A stretch of 64,000 nucleotides of DNA, taken from contig OX337230.1 of assembly GCA_946965045.2 (NCBI GenBank), positions 2,232,001 to 2,296,000 on the forward strand, given 5' to 3'. Shown one piece after another: positions 32,901 through 42,561 of the stretch (the stretch's first letter is position 1; every line of letters begins with the position of its first letter). The notes under the pieces are model-generated. The model was not told the DNA's origin. It ran no database searches and worked only from the letters and a program-made list of their open reading frames with translations. Source of the stretch: Epithemia pelagica. Taxonomy: Eukaryota; Protista; Bacillariophyta. The position numbers were made by a program, and so were the translations under genes.

Positions 32901-35380
32901 AGCAGAATCTGTGCCAGAGCCTTCGGTTCTGAACCACATGTGCTGTTTTTGTACATCTGAACCCAACTGTCCCATACGCTTCTGCTCACAATAGGCCTGA
33001 GTTGAGTTTCTCTCAACCCATCAGACAAACCAAGTACGACGCTGCAAAAGTACAATTGATCGTTTGGTGCGAACGGAGACTCTTGGTCGAATATTCTGAC
33101 GGCAAATTCATCCAATGTACTGCTTTTGATCCAATCAGGAGCTTTCTTGGAAGCAGTATCTTGCAGTACTACTTCAATGCCCAGGGTCAGGGAACGAAGC
33201 ATAGGTTTAGCAGCAACAGCTTCTTTCAAGACCGTCGACCAATATGAAGAAGCCTTCTCTGGAACCCCCCTCAATGAAGAAGCCAGCAATCTGAAATCAG
33301 CACGAACTAGGTCATCGTCATTGTCGACATAGTCCGATGTCTGGCTGGTAGTATGTAGGATTATCCATTGTAGCAGATCGTTCATGACGAATTTCTCGCT
33401 CACCATAACAGCAGGATCGTAATCAACCAAGGCTTGGATTGCATGGTACATTGCAATCGAGGGAAAACTGGCAGAAGAATCTTGATATGGAGCTAGAAGT
33501 TCCTGAAAACATGTCTGCGCCGCATGGGAAATTTCGTGTCGTCTCTCATTAGGCAAGGTGGCTGGAGAAGATAGATGTGACACAAAGTACGCCAACGCCT
33601 CTGGATGTGTACAAGGCCATGAAACTCTGGACCAGAATTCGTCACGAATAAGCACAAACGCCGTCTTTACGGATGACGATTCAACGCCGCCATGATCAGT
33701 ACTGCTATCAACCAAAGCTGAGTGGTCTTGGTATCGCTGCAGTTGCTTTGCCAGATGTTCCAACAATGGCTCCCAAGCTGCCCGCCGTGCATTTCCTGTG
33801 GCCAGAGATTGATCCGTTAGGGCATTTTCGAGCACTTCCAACCAAATCTCAGCAATGGCCAACGCATTCGATTTCATGGATTCTACGGAGCCTCCTTCCA
33901 CGATGGTACCCATGGTGTCATTCTCCTCCCGTTGAACCAAAGTTGGTGTTGACATTGGGCGCAACAGCGAGAAATGCGCTGTCTCAGCAACAACCATTGC
34001 CAATCGCCCAGCCTCTGTCATGCCAAGTGTGACGTGCTGTCCCTCCCATGCCGCGCTGATGAGTTCTAGGGCTAGCTCGTTGTGACCAGTCCATGTTTTC
34101 TGGATGCTACTATGCGTTGCTGATGACAGGGTTGATGTGAGTGGTAAAAGAATGGGACCCCATGAAGCCAGACTAGCACCATAGCAAGCTTTGCGTAGAG
34201 CCTTGATCAAACCTTTGCGCCATCCGGCGATCGGAAGGTCGTTGCCTTTCTTTTTGGCTAAAACAGCCACGGCCAAGAAGGCTTCCAGCAATGAAGGCCA
34301 GGCATTTGCATTCTTTTCTGATGAAAGTGATTGCAAAAGTGTATTTATGGCCGAGTTGGGCAAAAGATCTCGGTGAGCTTCGTTTGAGGACGACGCAACG
34401 ATAGAAACGAGACGATACGTCCTAAGTCGCAACCCTTCAACTGCACTTGTCATGCATCCAAATAAACCAGGTTGGGTAGTTTCTTTTTGCTTTCTACTGC
34501 TTGCGCCCGAGCTGCTGCCTTGATCTTGCTGAAAGAATAAACACAGTGCATCCAGAACCAATCCCGTCAAAAGGTTAAAGTACTCGGCAGCTTCTTCTGT
34601 CTCCGTAGACGCCCCACCAGTGTTTCTCTTCTTTGTAAAAAGAGCATCATACATCACAGATGGACGACCATATCCCAGAATACGACTGCTATAGGCCAAC
34701 AAACCCTCGTACCAAGGTGGGACACTACATCCCTCGTCCGATGAGGCGTCTGTCCCTTGCTGTTCCTTCCAGACTTGGTTGGCAAGGTTGACGGTGGCTT
34801 GTGCTTCATTTCGTACCTCCTGAAGAGGATCCGCTTGGGCTGCAAACAGCATGCCCCACATCTCATCTGCCGCAATCGCTAGGACCGCCTTGGGTACCTT
34901 TCGAAAAGCTTCTTGCCAAACCTGCAAGGATACTGCCCGAACACTGGCAGGCGCTGTGAGGTCGTACGCCAGTTTGTTTGTATACAGCCAGATCCAGTGT
35001 GGGAGAGCATGGGTACGAATTTCCCATTTCGAAAGAATTGTTGAATCACCTCCGCTTTCACCGCCGGTCGTCGCCGTCGAAAAAAGAGTCACCAAATCTT
35101 GCAGGGCTTTGGTTTTGGTTGTACCATCTCGCTTTTGTGATATTCGAGAGAAGACCAACTGTAAGGATTCGTTGCTTCCCGTATATACAGGACTCAATTT
35201 GGTAATGGACTTTCCGCCACTCGCACCACTCCTGTCCGTCGTATTCGAAGGAGACGGAAGTTTCGCGGAGTTCGATGGAACAGGGTCCGCGTTTGCAAAA
35301 GCACCGAAACCAATAAATTCAGTGGGTTTACTCGTTCCACTGCCCCCCTTGTCCAATCTTCCTTTACGTTTCTCCTTCAT
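29903..35380 (-). CDS. LTN1: Listerin E3 ubiquitin ligase (ribosome quality control)
   Basis: N-terminal FIGFGAF..KRDGTTKTKAL; C-terminal RWD-like region and RING VEPCPICYSVLH..C..CHNRFHADCL..WF..CVLC; 1825 aa. Confidence 0.93.
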   Translation of the reverse strand: MKEKRKGRLDKGGSGTSKPTEFIGFGAFANADPVPSNSAKLPSPSNTTDRSGASGGKSITKLSPVYTGSNESLQLVFSRISQKRDGTTKTKALQDLVTLFSTATTGGESGGDSTILSKWEIRTHALPHWIWLYTNKLAYDLTAPASVRAVSLQVWQEAFRKVPKAVLAIAADEMWGMLFAAQADPLQEVRNEAQATVNLANQVWKEQQGTDASSDEGCSVPPWYEGLLAYSSRILGYGRPSVMYDALFTKKRNTGGASTETEEAAEYFNLLTGLVLDALCLFFQQDQGSSSGASSRKQKETTQPGLFGCMTSAVEGLRLRTYRLVSIVASSSNEAHRDLLPNSAINTLLQSLSSEKNANAWPSLLEAFLAVAVLAKKKGNDLPIAGWRKGLIKALRKACYGASLASWGPILLPLTSTLSSATHSSIQKTWTGHNELALELISAAWEGQHVTLGMTEAGRLAMVVAETAHFSLLRPMSTPTLVQREENDTMGTIVEGGSVESMKSNALAIAEIWLEVLENALTDQSLATGNARRAAWEPLLEHLAKQLQRYQDHSALVDSSTDHGGVESSSVKTAFVLIRDEFWSRVSWPCTHPEALAYFVSHLSSPATLPNERRHEISHAAQTCFQELLAPYQDSSASFPSIAMYHAIQALVDYDPAVMVSEKFVMNDLLQWIILHTTSQTSDYVDNDDDLVRADFRLLASSLRGVPEKASSYWSTVLKEAVAAKPMLRSLTLGIEVVLQDTASKKAPDWIKSSTLDEFAVRIFDQESPFAPNDQLYFCSVVLGLSDGLRETQLRPIVSRSVWDSWVQMYKNSTCGSEPKALAQILLRLTQYENLLDISTVETILIQSWLQEHNIISKAGNGEVEWKFRYTEVLESNMELASRVVDKASTEIERQVEEKSVDDKDENFPSQWGLRACRLVEMCRVGLKNSLMPSFSLLGLDNAQVWTDRPSYMYGLVMALFTYIDDKSVRLSLLEHVENSVGLLVQILVHICEASTDLSVAATLSNGQDRCSVFIEEVGASGHETLLFEAVDHVVSLIVTCLTGGTSDSNASSSALQLTGVLCILLRYAFPQSVPTPLDPVPVPSEIREGDKLWYVTDPKSPSHVEPVSVAKAHYDAEAGYYFTIHFIRNGEKSERQTVVNRLRLVQEDSLLSPSATTHSRETAGASRLRDRIVGELLRPYYTSICDTIGLGDVLNALVARVAVGSARGIGSTHFEIFKLLSDEEKSLVLALKNKEVENARESLWKLALSFGFGRNSESRYGTFRVFPVEPLSSHERIADLYNSELGVGEQLDLDRAVLAWLVVSLPIVRVNQDNTPLVEKVILVMFSLAQSLLEGSKISGFTSDSMLGLKALSVARRSPAFFSMVETKLDLRTAERACLSVAIESFSTGNWNLDEDLNPGENPVWKSYSDFPRIIEDLSRVQGGRELLAECIVPPVAEDLVYALFSGVSRFYAFNLLDCLLGKGEVLRTEQDIVLDPSTSAHLKEWKEGMDSQGALELEEDVEIVSQWLPISMMREIETWQDETFEDLKESKMIGRLLAWISVLRLIETSAPKDFRSRPAFVSYLTRADVVPSVLNVSILFNETINSSKSVHNSPLHVWDTDTILENEENIGLSNLSSLVLFRTFETLPSLCRRWWEEDCPKVYMPRVQSLVERHIAPAILKREMSRMKEATKNYGDMNVSGSVMSREVTATYMQDDFTLTVLIRLPASFPLRSAEVDCSRTLGVPLSRFKRWSLQITLMINNQGGTLQDALMLWKDNVDKEFDGVEPCPICYSVLHVKTHKLPSLECVTCHNRFHADCLTQWFKQSGKNQCVLCQQDWQGVRV

Positions 35381-35544
35381 GACAAGTTGACGTTCCGATT
35401 TGGAGTGCTGCGACTACGACCTCCTTTTGATGATTCTGAGCAAGCAGGTCTATCAATTTGTTGTCGTGAAACACCTCTGTTTGCGTTTTCGATGTGATTC
35501 TCAGGAACTTTGTGCATTGTGATTGGAGCATCGGACGGTTTCTT

Positions 35545-35718
35545 TGTATAAATCCTGCCACTACACGCTACAACAAGGTGTATACGGCGTGCAACAAGCG
35601 GCTAGACCAAAATTATGACTAGAAAACTAGATGCGTAGCAGCATATGTAGGCGATGCATATTCGCCAATATGCGACCATGTATCCGCCAATATGCGACCT
35701 GTTGGCGGGATTTATTCA
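35545..35718 (-). repeat. 3' LTR (174 bp)
   Basis: TG..CA ends with an 11-bp imperfect inverted terminus; no difference from 42388-42561 found by eye. Confidence 0.97.
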
Positions 35719-35872
35719 GTCCCCGCGAGCTAGATCGGAAGCATTTCGACTAGGTCGCCCACGACTTGTTTCAGCAGAGGCCGGTCCATCAGGACTATTT
35801 TTTCTCAATTAAGAGGGGTGTCTATTCGGACAATAAAAGAGGGGTGTGAGGACAATGAATTCGATCATGTAA

Positions 35873-38800
35873 TCACCACAAAACACGTTGTGCTAGAAAA
35901 CGCAATCGGGGTCCTGGTAACGATTTTGTCAGCAGGTCCGCAAGATTGGTTTCACCTTCTTCCCAGGCGATACGCACGATGTTGGCGGCTTGTGCCTCAC
36001 GCGTGCGATGGTAAGCAATCGCATTGTGTTTCTTCTTCAGAGTGACTTCAGGCATGGTTGCACTCTTGAACACAGATTCATTATCACAGAACACATTGGT
36101 TTCGCCATCAAGTGGGATGCCCATCATTCTCAACTTGTAACGGAAACCCTCTATCTGTTCGATGGCAGTCTTCATTGCGACAAATTCGGAGCCAAATGTT
36201 GATGTCTCAACAGTACTCTGTCGTTTGGAATACCACAAGATAGGTGCTCGTTGTAAGAACATAAGAATACCAGTTTGTGAGCGACGCGTAGCAAGACAAC
36301 CAGCGTGATCGGCATCAACAAAACAAGTTGTGGTAACAGCCCGTCCACGAGGTGGTGGCATATTGGGCGGCAAAGGGTCACTAGCATCAGGGTAGTATTC
36401 AGACCAGTCTGCCTGGAAGAAACGATCCTCGTCGAAGGTCGGAGTTGTGTCGTCGAACACTAGGGTGGAACGTCCATGCGCTTTTAGGTATGCAAAAATG
36501 TGCAAGGCTTGTTCGAGGTGTCCTTCACGTGGCATGGCTAGATATCGGGACAGTTGTGATACGGCAACAATGATATCGATACGACCAAGTTCCACAACCC
36601 AACGAAGGATACCAATTAGTCCCTGATAGTAATTTGCACGTCGGGGGTCCAGTTCAGGAGATGAGTCGATCTCAGGACGATACCCAGTGGCAAGCGGAGT
36701 TGAGACTCGTGTCTGTAGCTTTTGGCCAACTTTAGACAGTTCGGTCTCAATTTCAGATATGGCACGTTTAACATATTTGTCGGAGGACATGGCCCATCGG
36801 GGTTTGTTCTCAGGATCGTCAGTATCTGGTATGGTATAGTGTCGAATCTCAGATCCCAAGTATTCGTCTGGGTCTTTAATACTCTCGGGTTTGATGGTAT
36901 ACCGTTTTTCCAGATCATTCATGATCGATCGCGGATCATGACTGACACAGAGTATGTCGTCTATGTAGACAAGTACATACTCATAGTATTGGAACCCATC
37001 AGATGGTCGGACTTGAGGTCGAAGCCAGACATCAGGGTCAGCCAAGCAACTATTGAACTTCATTTCACGAAGTGTTGCGGCAATGTGATCACGCCAACGA
37101 GCAGCAGAACTCTTCAAACCATACAGAGCACGAACAATCAGTGCAGGTCGGCCAACGTTTTCGGGACCAAATTCTAGTCCCGCCGTAATATAAGTTCGCT
37201 CTTTTGTTGGTGCATTGAGGTATGCATTTTGTACGTCCCCGGCCAACACGTCCAGGCAATTAAGGGCAGCGATAGTGAATGCAATTCGTACGCTATCACG
37301 GGATACAACACTGGAGTACGTGGATTCCTTCGGTGGATCAGTCTTATGCCCACCGGCAACCAGTCGGGCTTTACGGCGAAGATCAGACTTGATATCAAAG
37401 ACCATATGACATGGGATATGTTTGTATCCAATTGGTACTTTGTCATCATCACGGAATTCAAAGGCAATGCGAACATTTTTCATCTCCTTTTCGATGGCTT
37501 TCCGCCAGAAATCAGTCCCCGTTCGACGATCAATCTCAAGAGCTTCTTGAACGGTTTTGGGCAGTTCAATACCATATTTGTGGGTACGTTTCCAATAGCA
37601 AGATTTTACTTTCGCAAGAATCACACCACGTTTGCGTAACGTATGTGGAACCCACCAGGCATAGGCCGGTTCTTTGGCAAGCCCCGCCGCAACAGCATAT
37701 TCGGCTAGTTGTACAGGCGAATCGTTTTTGAGATCTTTGAGAGGGATCCAAACAGTAGAACCATCGGAGAGTTCACACTCATGTTCCCAACCAACGGTTG
37801 TATGGCGTTTACGGCCATTCAACCAGTCCGGATCCGTTCGGAGGACAGCGTCCTTGGTTTTGCGATGTCCAATGATATCCTTTACAATGGCATAGGAGTT
37901 GCCCTCAGTGTCGACTTGAGAGTAAAGGTTCTCGGCAATGAGATTGGCAGCAAGAGATTCGGTCGATCCATCGGGATACAGCACGTCATAGAAACGTGTG
38001 TCTAAGATTGGATTTGGATCACGTTTGCCAATTGGTCGGCCATGTTCATCTTTGGAGCGGCCTATGATCTTGGCTCTGGCCTGGTCCCCGCCATGCGGCA
38101 GCATGACTTCGGCTGTGAGATATTCGTCTAACTCCTCCGGAGTGTAGTCGTCAGCATCAGGGAGAGGTGTATCGGAGTCAAGAGCAGCAGGAAAGAGAGA
38201 TTCGCTTTCGTCTTCTCCAAAGAAATCATCGGGTGGATCAGGGGAAACGTTGGCGGTATCTTCATCGGAGGACGGCGATGTATCCACGAGGAGAGTCTTG
38301 ATAAGACCATCATAGACTTCCAGTTGTTGACGGATTGTGGGATTTTTCATATCGTCGTCAGGGATTGCCCACACATCTTTTCGGACAATAACTCGACCTT
38401 TCTCTGTCAAGACGTTGAAGGCCATGTCATCAATACAGTCATCGGCAAGACCAAGCCAGCGCCCAATACATTTACGCTCATGAGGGAAGTCATGCGACGG
38501 CGTATAATAGTATACAGGTTGATAGAAATCAAACAAAGCCATGGGAGAGATGTCGGGTGTCGATCCAAGAACGTGTTCAAATGGCGTTCGTCCATTAAGT
38601 TCAGGGATATCAGAGGCAGTTAACTGGCGGACAGAGGCAACCCACTTCAGTGCATAGGACCATGTGCGTCGTGGTGCACCAGTTTGACGTAACTTCCTAA
38701 TAACACCTTTCTTCAACTCACGGATGCTCGCTTCCGCGGCATTCTGCCATTGACTGTATGGGACGGTCACTTCTTGTTTGATACGGTACTCATTACAGAT

Positions 38801-40123
38801 CTCACGAGAACGTCCATGAAATAGCTCTTGCGCACCATCAGAAATTAACGTCTGAGGAATTCCGACATTCTGGATAAGGGACATCAGACCTTCAGGGTGT
38901 TGCTTCTTTGATTTCCAGGGATAGACAAAATCATAGCCCTTTCCATCAGTAAATACGGAAGCACCCGTGTGAAGATCAAGCGATGGGCACTTGGAGAACA
39001 TCTCGTCGCAAAACCATCGTCCCTTGACATTCGGGAATTTGAGCCATGGAGCTTTCTTTCGGACCTTGCGTTCGGATGGGACAAGGACATTTCGGACCCC
39101 AGCCTGGGTTGTCACTTGTAAAGTCTTCTTGGCCTTAGTAAGGCCGACATTCCATCGAGAAGACAAGGTCTGGGGATCAAGTACAGTCTTAGAAGAAGAT
39201 GGCAAGACTTTTACGGCTTTCGTTGGTCGTGACGAAGCAGACTTAACGGCTTTGAGAAAGTATTCGTCGGGATCAAGGTCCTCAATGTCCACAGTGTCCT
39301 CGGCACTTGGTGGATGGGACACTCGAACGGCAGCAACTAAGCGGTTGCATAGTTCATCCTCGTCATTCTCAAGTTCCATGCAATAGCCATAGGTTTCGTC
39401 GTATGATCGGACGGCAGCAACCAATCGCGGGACACAGGATGCGGCAATCGAATTCGGATCAACTTGGCGGACAGCAGATGCATTGGATGCATTGGCTTTC
39501 TCCTCCGCGGCAGCAAAGGTGGACGAATGAGGGTGCCACACCGAATCAGCAGTCATGACTATCCGTGGGAGCGACTCGAGCTCCTCCGGGGTTGGCTTCG
39601 TGGTCGCAAAGCCAGAGATAACACCGGACATTTCTAGAGGAATGGTCAGGTCAGCATCGGGAATACGAATGCTGTGTGTGCTGTAAGGGTCAAACTGACG
39701 CGGCACATCATGGACAATGAGGCCGTTTGAACGCAGTTGATTGGGACAAATCAATGATTGGGACAATCGGTCCCCGAAGAATAACGACTCGTGAAACAGC
39801 AATAGATAACTATTGTTGTGGGCATCAGTCCAGACAGTGGCGGTCGTGGTGACGGGGATACGCTCGAGGGGTTTATATTCCTCTGAGAATGGGGAAACAG
39901 TGATGTAACGGTCAGGTTCCCTGAATTTCACAAAGTTGCGACCAACACAACAAGTGTCAGCATGCGAGTCCATTTCACATGTCAGATCAATCGGATCAGT
40001 GGTATGGGACTGTGATACGGCAGCACATAAACGGTGTGCAAAGGCTAAGCTGAAGGTAGGGGTGCCTACAAGTGAGAAATGTGGACAGATAAGATTCGTT
40101 TTATCAATTTCATCACTGGGCAC
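35873..40123 (-). CDS. pol: Copia Pol: aspartic protease, integrase, reverse transcriptase, RNase H
   Basis: CEMDSHADTC (PR); SDGAQEL..QNAAEASIRELK (IN); KARLVAGG..GDVQNAYL..LVYIDDIL (RT); FVDADHAG..CDNESV..NLADLLTK (RH). No in-frame ATG at the start. Confidence 0.97.
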   Translation of the reverse strand: MPSDEIDKTNLICPHFSLVGTPTFSLAFAHRLCAAVSQSHTTDPIDLTCEMDSHADTCCVGRNFVKFREPDRYITVSPFSEEYKPLERIPVTTTATVWTDAHNNSYLLLFHESLFFGDRLSQSLICPNQLRSNGLIVHDVPRQFDPYSTHSIRIPDADLTIPLEMSGVISGFATTKPTPEELESLPRIVMTADSVWHPHSSTFAAAEEKANASNASAVRQVDPNSIAASCVPRLVAAVRSYDETYGYCMELENDEDELCNRLVAAVRVSHPPSAEDTVDIEDLDPDEYFLKAVKSASSRPTKAVKVLPSSSKTVLDPQTLSSRWNVGLTKAKKTLQVTTQAGVRNVLVPSERKVRKKAPWLKFPNVKGRWFCDEMFSKCPSLDLHTGASVFTDGKGYDFVYPWKSKKQHPEGLMSLIQNVGIPQTLISDGAQELFHGRSREICNEYRIKQEVTVPYSQWQNAAEASIRELKKGVIRKLRQTGAPRRTWSYALKWVASVRQLTASDIPELNGRTPFEHVLGSTPDISPMALFDFYQPVYYYTPSHDFPHERKCIGRWLGLADDCIDDMAFNVLTEKGRVIVRKDVWAIPDDDMKNPTIRQQLEVYDGLIKTLLVDTSPSSDEDTANVSPDPPDDFFGEDESESLFPAALDSDTPLPDADDYTPEELDEYLTAEVMLPHGGDQARAKIIGRSKDEHGRPIGKRDPNPILDTRFYDVLYPDGSTESLAANLIAENLYSQVDTEGNSYAIVKDIIGHRKTKDAVLRTDPDWLNGRKRHTTVGWEHECELSDGSTVWIPLKDLKNDSPVQLAEYAVAAGLAKEPAYAWWVPHTLRKRGVILAKVKSCYWKRTHKYGIELPKTVQEALEIDRRTGTDFWRKAIEKEMKNVRIAFEFRDDDKVPIGYKHIPCHMVFDIKSDLRRKARLVAGGHKTDPPKESTYSSVVSRDSVRIAFTIAALNCLDVLAGDVQNAYLNAPTKERTYITAGLEFGPENVGRPALIVRALYGLKSSAARWRDHIAATLREMKFNSCLADPDVWLRPQVRPSDGFQYYEYVLVYIDDILCVSHDPRSIMNDLEKRYTIKPESIKDPDEYLGSEIRHYTIPDTDDPENKPRWAMSSDKYVKRAISEIETELSKVGQKLQTRVSTPLATGYRPEIDSSPELDPRRANYYQGLIGILRWVVELGRIDIIVAVSQLSRYLAMPREGHLEQALHIFAYLKAHGRSTLVFDDTTPTFDEDRFFQADWSEYYPDASDPLPPNMPPPRGRAVTTTCFVDADHAGCLATRRSQTGILMFLQRAPILWYSKRQSTVETSTFGSEFVAMKTAIEQIEGFRYKLRMMGIPLDGETNVFCDNESVFKSATMPEVTLKKKHNAIAYHRTREAQAANIVRIAWEEGETNLADLLTKSLPGPRLRFLAQRVLW

Positions 40124-40129
40124 ACAGCC

Positions 40130-41668
40130 TCAGGTCTGCTTTGTGGCCTTATCAGCAAGGGCAGCTTTCGCAACGGCAGTTGTAGGCTCCTTGGTTTCAT
40201 CAGGGTTGTGCGGCTTTGTAGATCCTTTTTTACTATGGGCAAAGCGTCCGAAACTGTTTCCGGCTGAGGTTTTGGGGACAGTCGGTTCATCAGCAACAGG
40301 AGGATCAGGCTCGGAATGGTTCGGCGCGTCGTTGCCATCCAGGTCAGTGGTCTCCAATTTCATGTGATCAGACTTTGGAGTTTCAGTTTTACTCAACTTG
40401 CGAGAGCCATTTTCATCTTCAGTTCGCACGGCTCCGGCCTTGCGCTTTCCATTAGCGTCTTTCTGTTCTTTACGGGCACGGAGGATTTCGGCCTTCTCTT
40501 CATCAGAGAGCTTGCGCCATTCATCCAAACTGTAATGACGTGTCTTCTTCTTATTCTGCTTGTTACGACCATTCTTCTTTCCACTAGTCTTAGTCGTACC
40601 CACACCAGCAATCTTTCGATTCTCGTCATTGGTCTTGTCGGTACGGGATGCAGCAATCAACGTGCCAAAATACTGCTGGCATGCTTCAAAATCAGAAAGC
40701 TTTGCTGCGTCACCGTTGACGACCGTCTTTCCCGCCGCCAAAGAGGGATCCGATATACCTTTGAGGAAATCGGTTACCTTTTTGGTTTCGGCAACGGGTT
40801 CATCAAGTTCAGCCAACGTATTATGAGCTTTCTGATGGCGGTGAACATATTGTTGATACGAGAAACGACCGCGGCCTGTAAACTTTGCGTCGGCAATAGC
40901 AGCGTATGCTTCTTTCTTGCGGATGGTGACAGCTGCTGTTCCAGTAGCTTGGCGAGTCAACGCAAGATACGCCTCACGGCCGTCCTTCTTCTTTTGGTGT
41001 GGCTTGATGAACGTCAGGCCAGGTCCGCCAACAAGGAAAGGTTTCATCAGTGTGAAGACGCGTTGATTGTCAAGGGCATACTGATCACCTTGCAGGATAG
41101 TAGTAGCAATCAAATCGTCATCGATAGTATCGTAGGCAGCATTCCTTGCTTCAGAACCGACAGGCTTAGTTTCACGAAGGACGTATGTCAAAGGGACACC
41201 CGTTGTGGGATTGCGATGCTGTGCAAGGAACGTGAGCAAGGCATCGTTAAACACCTCCCACTGAGTAAACGAAGTCAACTCTTTCGGTGGGGTCAGTTCA
41301 TCGGAGGCAACTTCCTTGTTGAGTGCAAACAGTTCCTGGGTACGTTTGGTCCATTTCTTGATCAGGGGCGGATCAGAGAAAAGTGAGACTTTAAGAGCCT
41401 GACCACGAGACGAACGGTATTCGAGCCACATTCGGAAGCCGTGGAGCTGCAGGTTAGCACTGAAGGGAAAGGCCCCGTTCTCTGGAGGGGTCTTCGCCAT
41501 CATCTTCAACATCGACGGCACTTGATGGACCGCAACAGTCATGAACGATTGAGCATCATCAAAACCCTGCTCAATGATGTAGGTCACGGTGGCATCATTG
41601 TATCCACAGCGTTTAACGGCAGCCTTGAAATCTTCCTTGGGATTTTCAGGGGCAGTGGATGAAGACAT
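40130..41668 (-). CDS. gag: Copia Gag
   Basis: ORF between the 5' LTR and pol; GVPLTYVLRE and HYSLDEWRKLS motifs; no CCHC knuckle seen. Confidence 0.88.
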   Translation of the reverse strand: MSSSTAPENPKEDFKAAVKRCGYNDATVTYIIEQGFDDAQSFMTVAVHQVPSMLKMMAKTPPENGAFPFSANLQLHGFRMWLEYRSSRGQALKVSLFSDPPLIKKWTKRTQELFALNKEVASDELTPPKELTSFTQWEVFNDALLTFLAQHRNPTTGVPLTYVLRETKPVGSEARNAAYDTIDDDLIATTILQGDQYALDNQRVFTLMKPFLVGGPGLTFIKPHQKKKDGREAYLALTRQATGTAAVTIRKKEAYAAIADAKFTGRGRFSYQQYVHRHQKAHNTLAELDEPVAETKKVTDFLKGISDPSLAAGKTVVNGDAAKLSDFEACQQYFGTLIAASRTDKTNDENRKIAGVGTTKTSGKKNGRNKQNKKKTRHYSLDEWRKLSDEEKAEILRARKEQKDANGKRKAGAVRTEDENGSRKLSKTETPKSDHMKLETTDLDGNDAPNHSEPDPPVADEPTVPKTSAGNSFGRFAHSKKGSTKPHNPDETKEPTTAVAKAALADKATKQT

Positions 41669-42300
41669 GGTGGAAGGCAAAAGGAAAGCAAGAGAGCCAG
41701 AAGCAGGAGAGGTTCAGAGCAAAACACAGGCAAAAACACAGAAGTGTGGAGGCATTGCCAAAAGGTGATGCAGATCGCAGATTTCGCGATTCTACCTGGA
41801 ATTAAGGTGCACAAGTAGTGTCGACTTGCGTTTGCGCTGCAGTCGGCAGAGAACAAATACTTAGGACGTGTGCGTCGGCACAGTGCAAAAGGAGGTATCT
41901 ATATTTTCATGTATGGAGAAAAGATTACCAAAACAATCGCTCACTTAAGCGAGTGCTCCCCGTCACGTGGGAGAGTGCCATGGGTCACACATCACGAGTG
42001 TGAACTATAAGTAGTGCCGCAAGCATACCGTGACGAGTAGCTTAGCGCGAACACTCCCAAGCGGTGATCAGCCGCTGCCAGTACGGGCAAAAGGCAAAGA
42101 GCAAAACTCGACAGAGTTCTCACACGGTGCACACATAGCACCTTAGCATATTTCGAATATCCGAGGCAGCATAGTTCTGGTTAGAATTGGAACATAGTTA
42201 GGGGACAATCGGACGCCGATGCACTATCTGGTCATTCTGATCTACCATCGGAGAGGTGGGTCCCGATATAGGGTCCAACGGCCGGTCGTCCGATAAATCA

Positions 42301-42357
42301 TGGGGATTTGAACCCCAGACCTTCCACTCCAATAGCATACATAAACCAACTAAACTA
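42301..42357 (-). promoter_or_regulatory. tRNA-like Pol III A box and B box with T-arm hairpin in the retrotransposon leader
   Basis: Minus strand: A box TAGTTTAGTTGG (42357-42346), B box GGTTCAAATCC (42314-42304) within stem TGGGG/CCCCA preceded by AGGTC; tRNA-like spacing; no acceptor stem. Confidence 0.5.
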
Positions 42358-42387
42358 CTGCGGCTGCAGCGTCTGGGTCTGATAAAC

Positions 42388-42561
42388 TGTATAAATCCTG
42401 CCACTACACGCTACAACAAGGTGTATACGGCGTGCAACAAGCGGCTAGACCAAAATTATGACTAGAAAACTAGATGCGTAGCAGCATATGTAGGCGATGC
42501 ATATTCGCCAATATGCGACCATGTATCCGCCAATATGCGACCTGTTGGCGGGATTTATTCA
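42388..42561 (-). repeat. 5' LTR (174 bp)
   Basis: No difference from 35545-35718 found by eye. Confidence 0.97.

Larger units (their letters stand above)
35545..42561 (-). mobile_element. Full-length Ty1/Copia LTR retrotransposon (7017 bp), diatom CoDi-like
   Basis: Identical 174-bp LTRs, TCTT flanking both ends, gag followed by pol in PR-IN-RT-RH order. Confidence 0.97.

Noticed and set aside
40316-41386. 356-aa plus-strand ORF (and 17573-18325 in the sister copy)
   Set aside because: Antisense to gag; its conservation just reflects near-identity of the two copies.
42294-42364. Functional tRNA gene
   Set aside because: The acceptor stem does not pair and the D and anticodon stems are weak; kept only as a tRNA-like promoter module.
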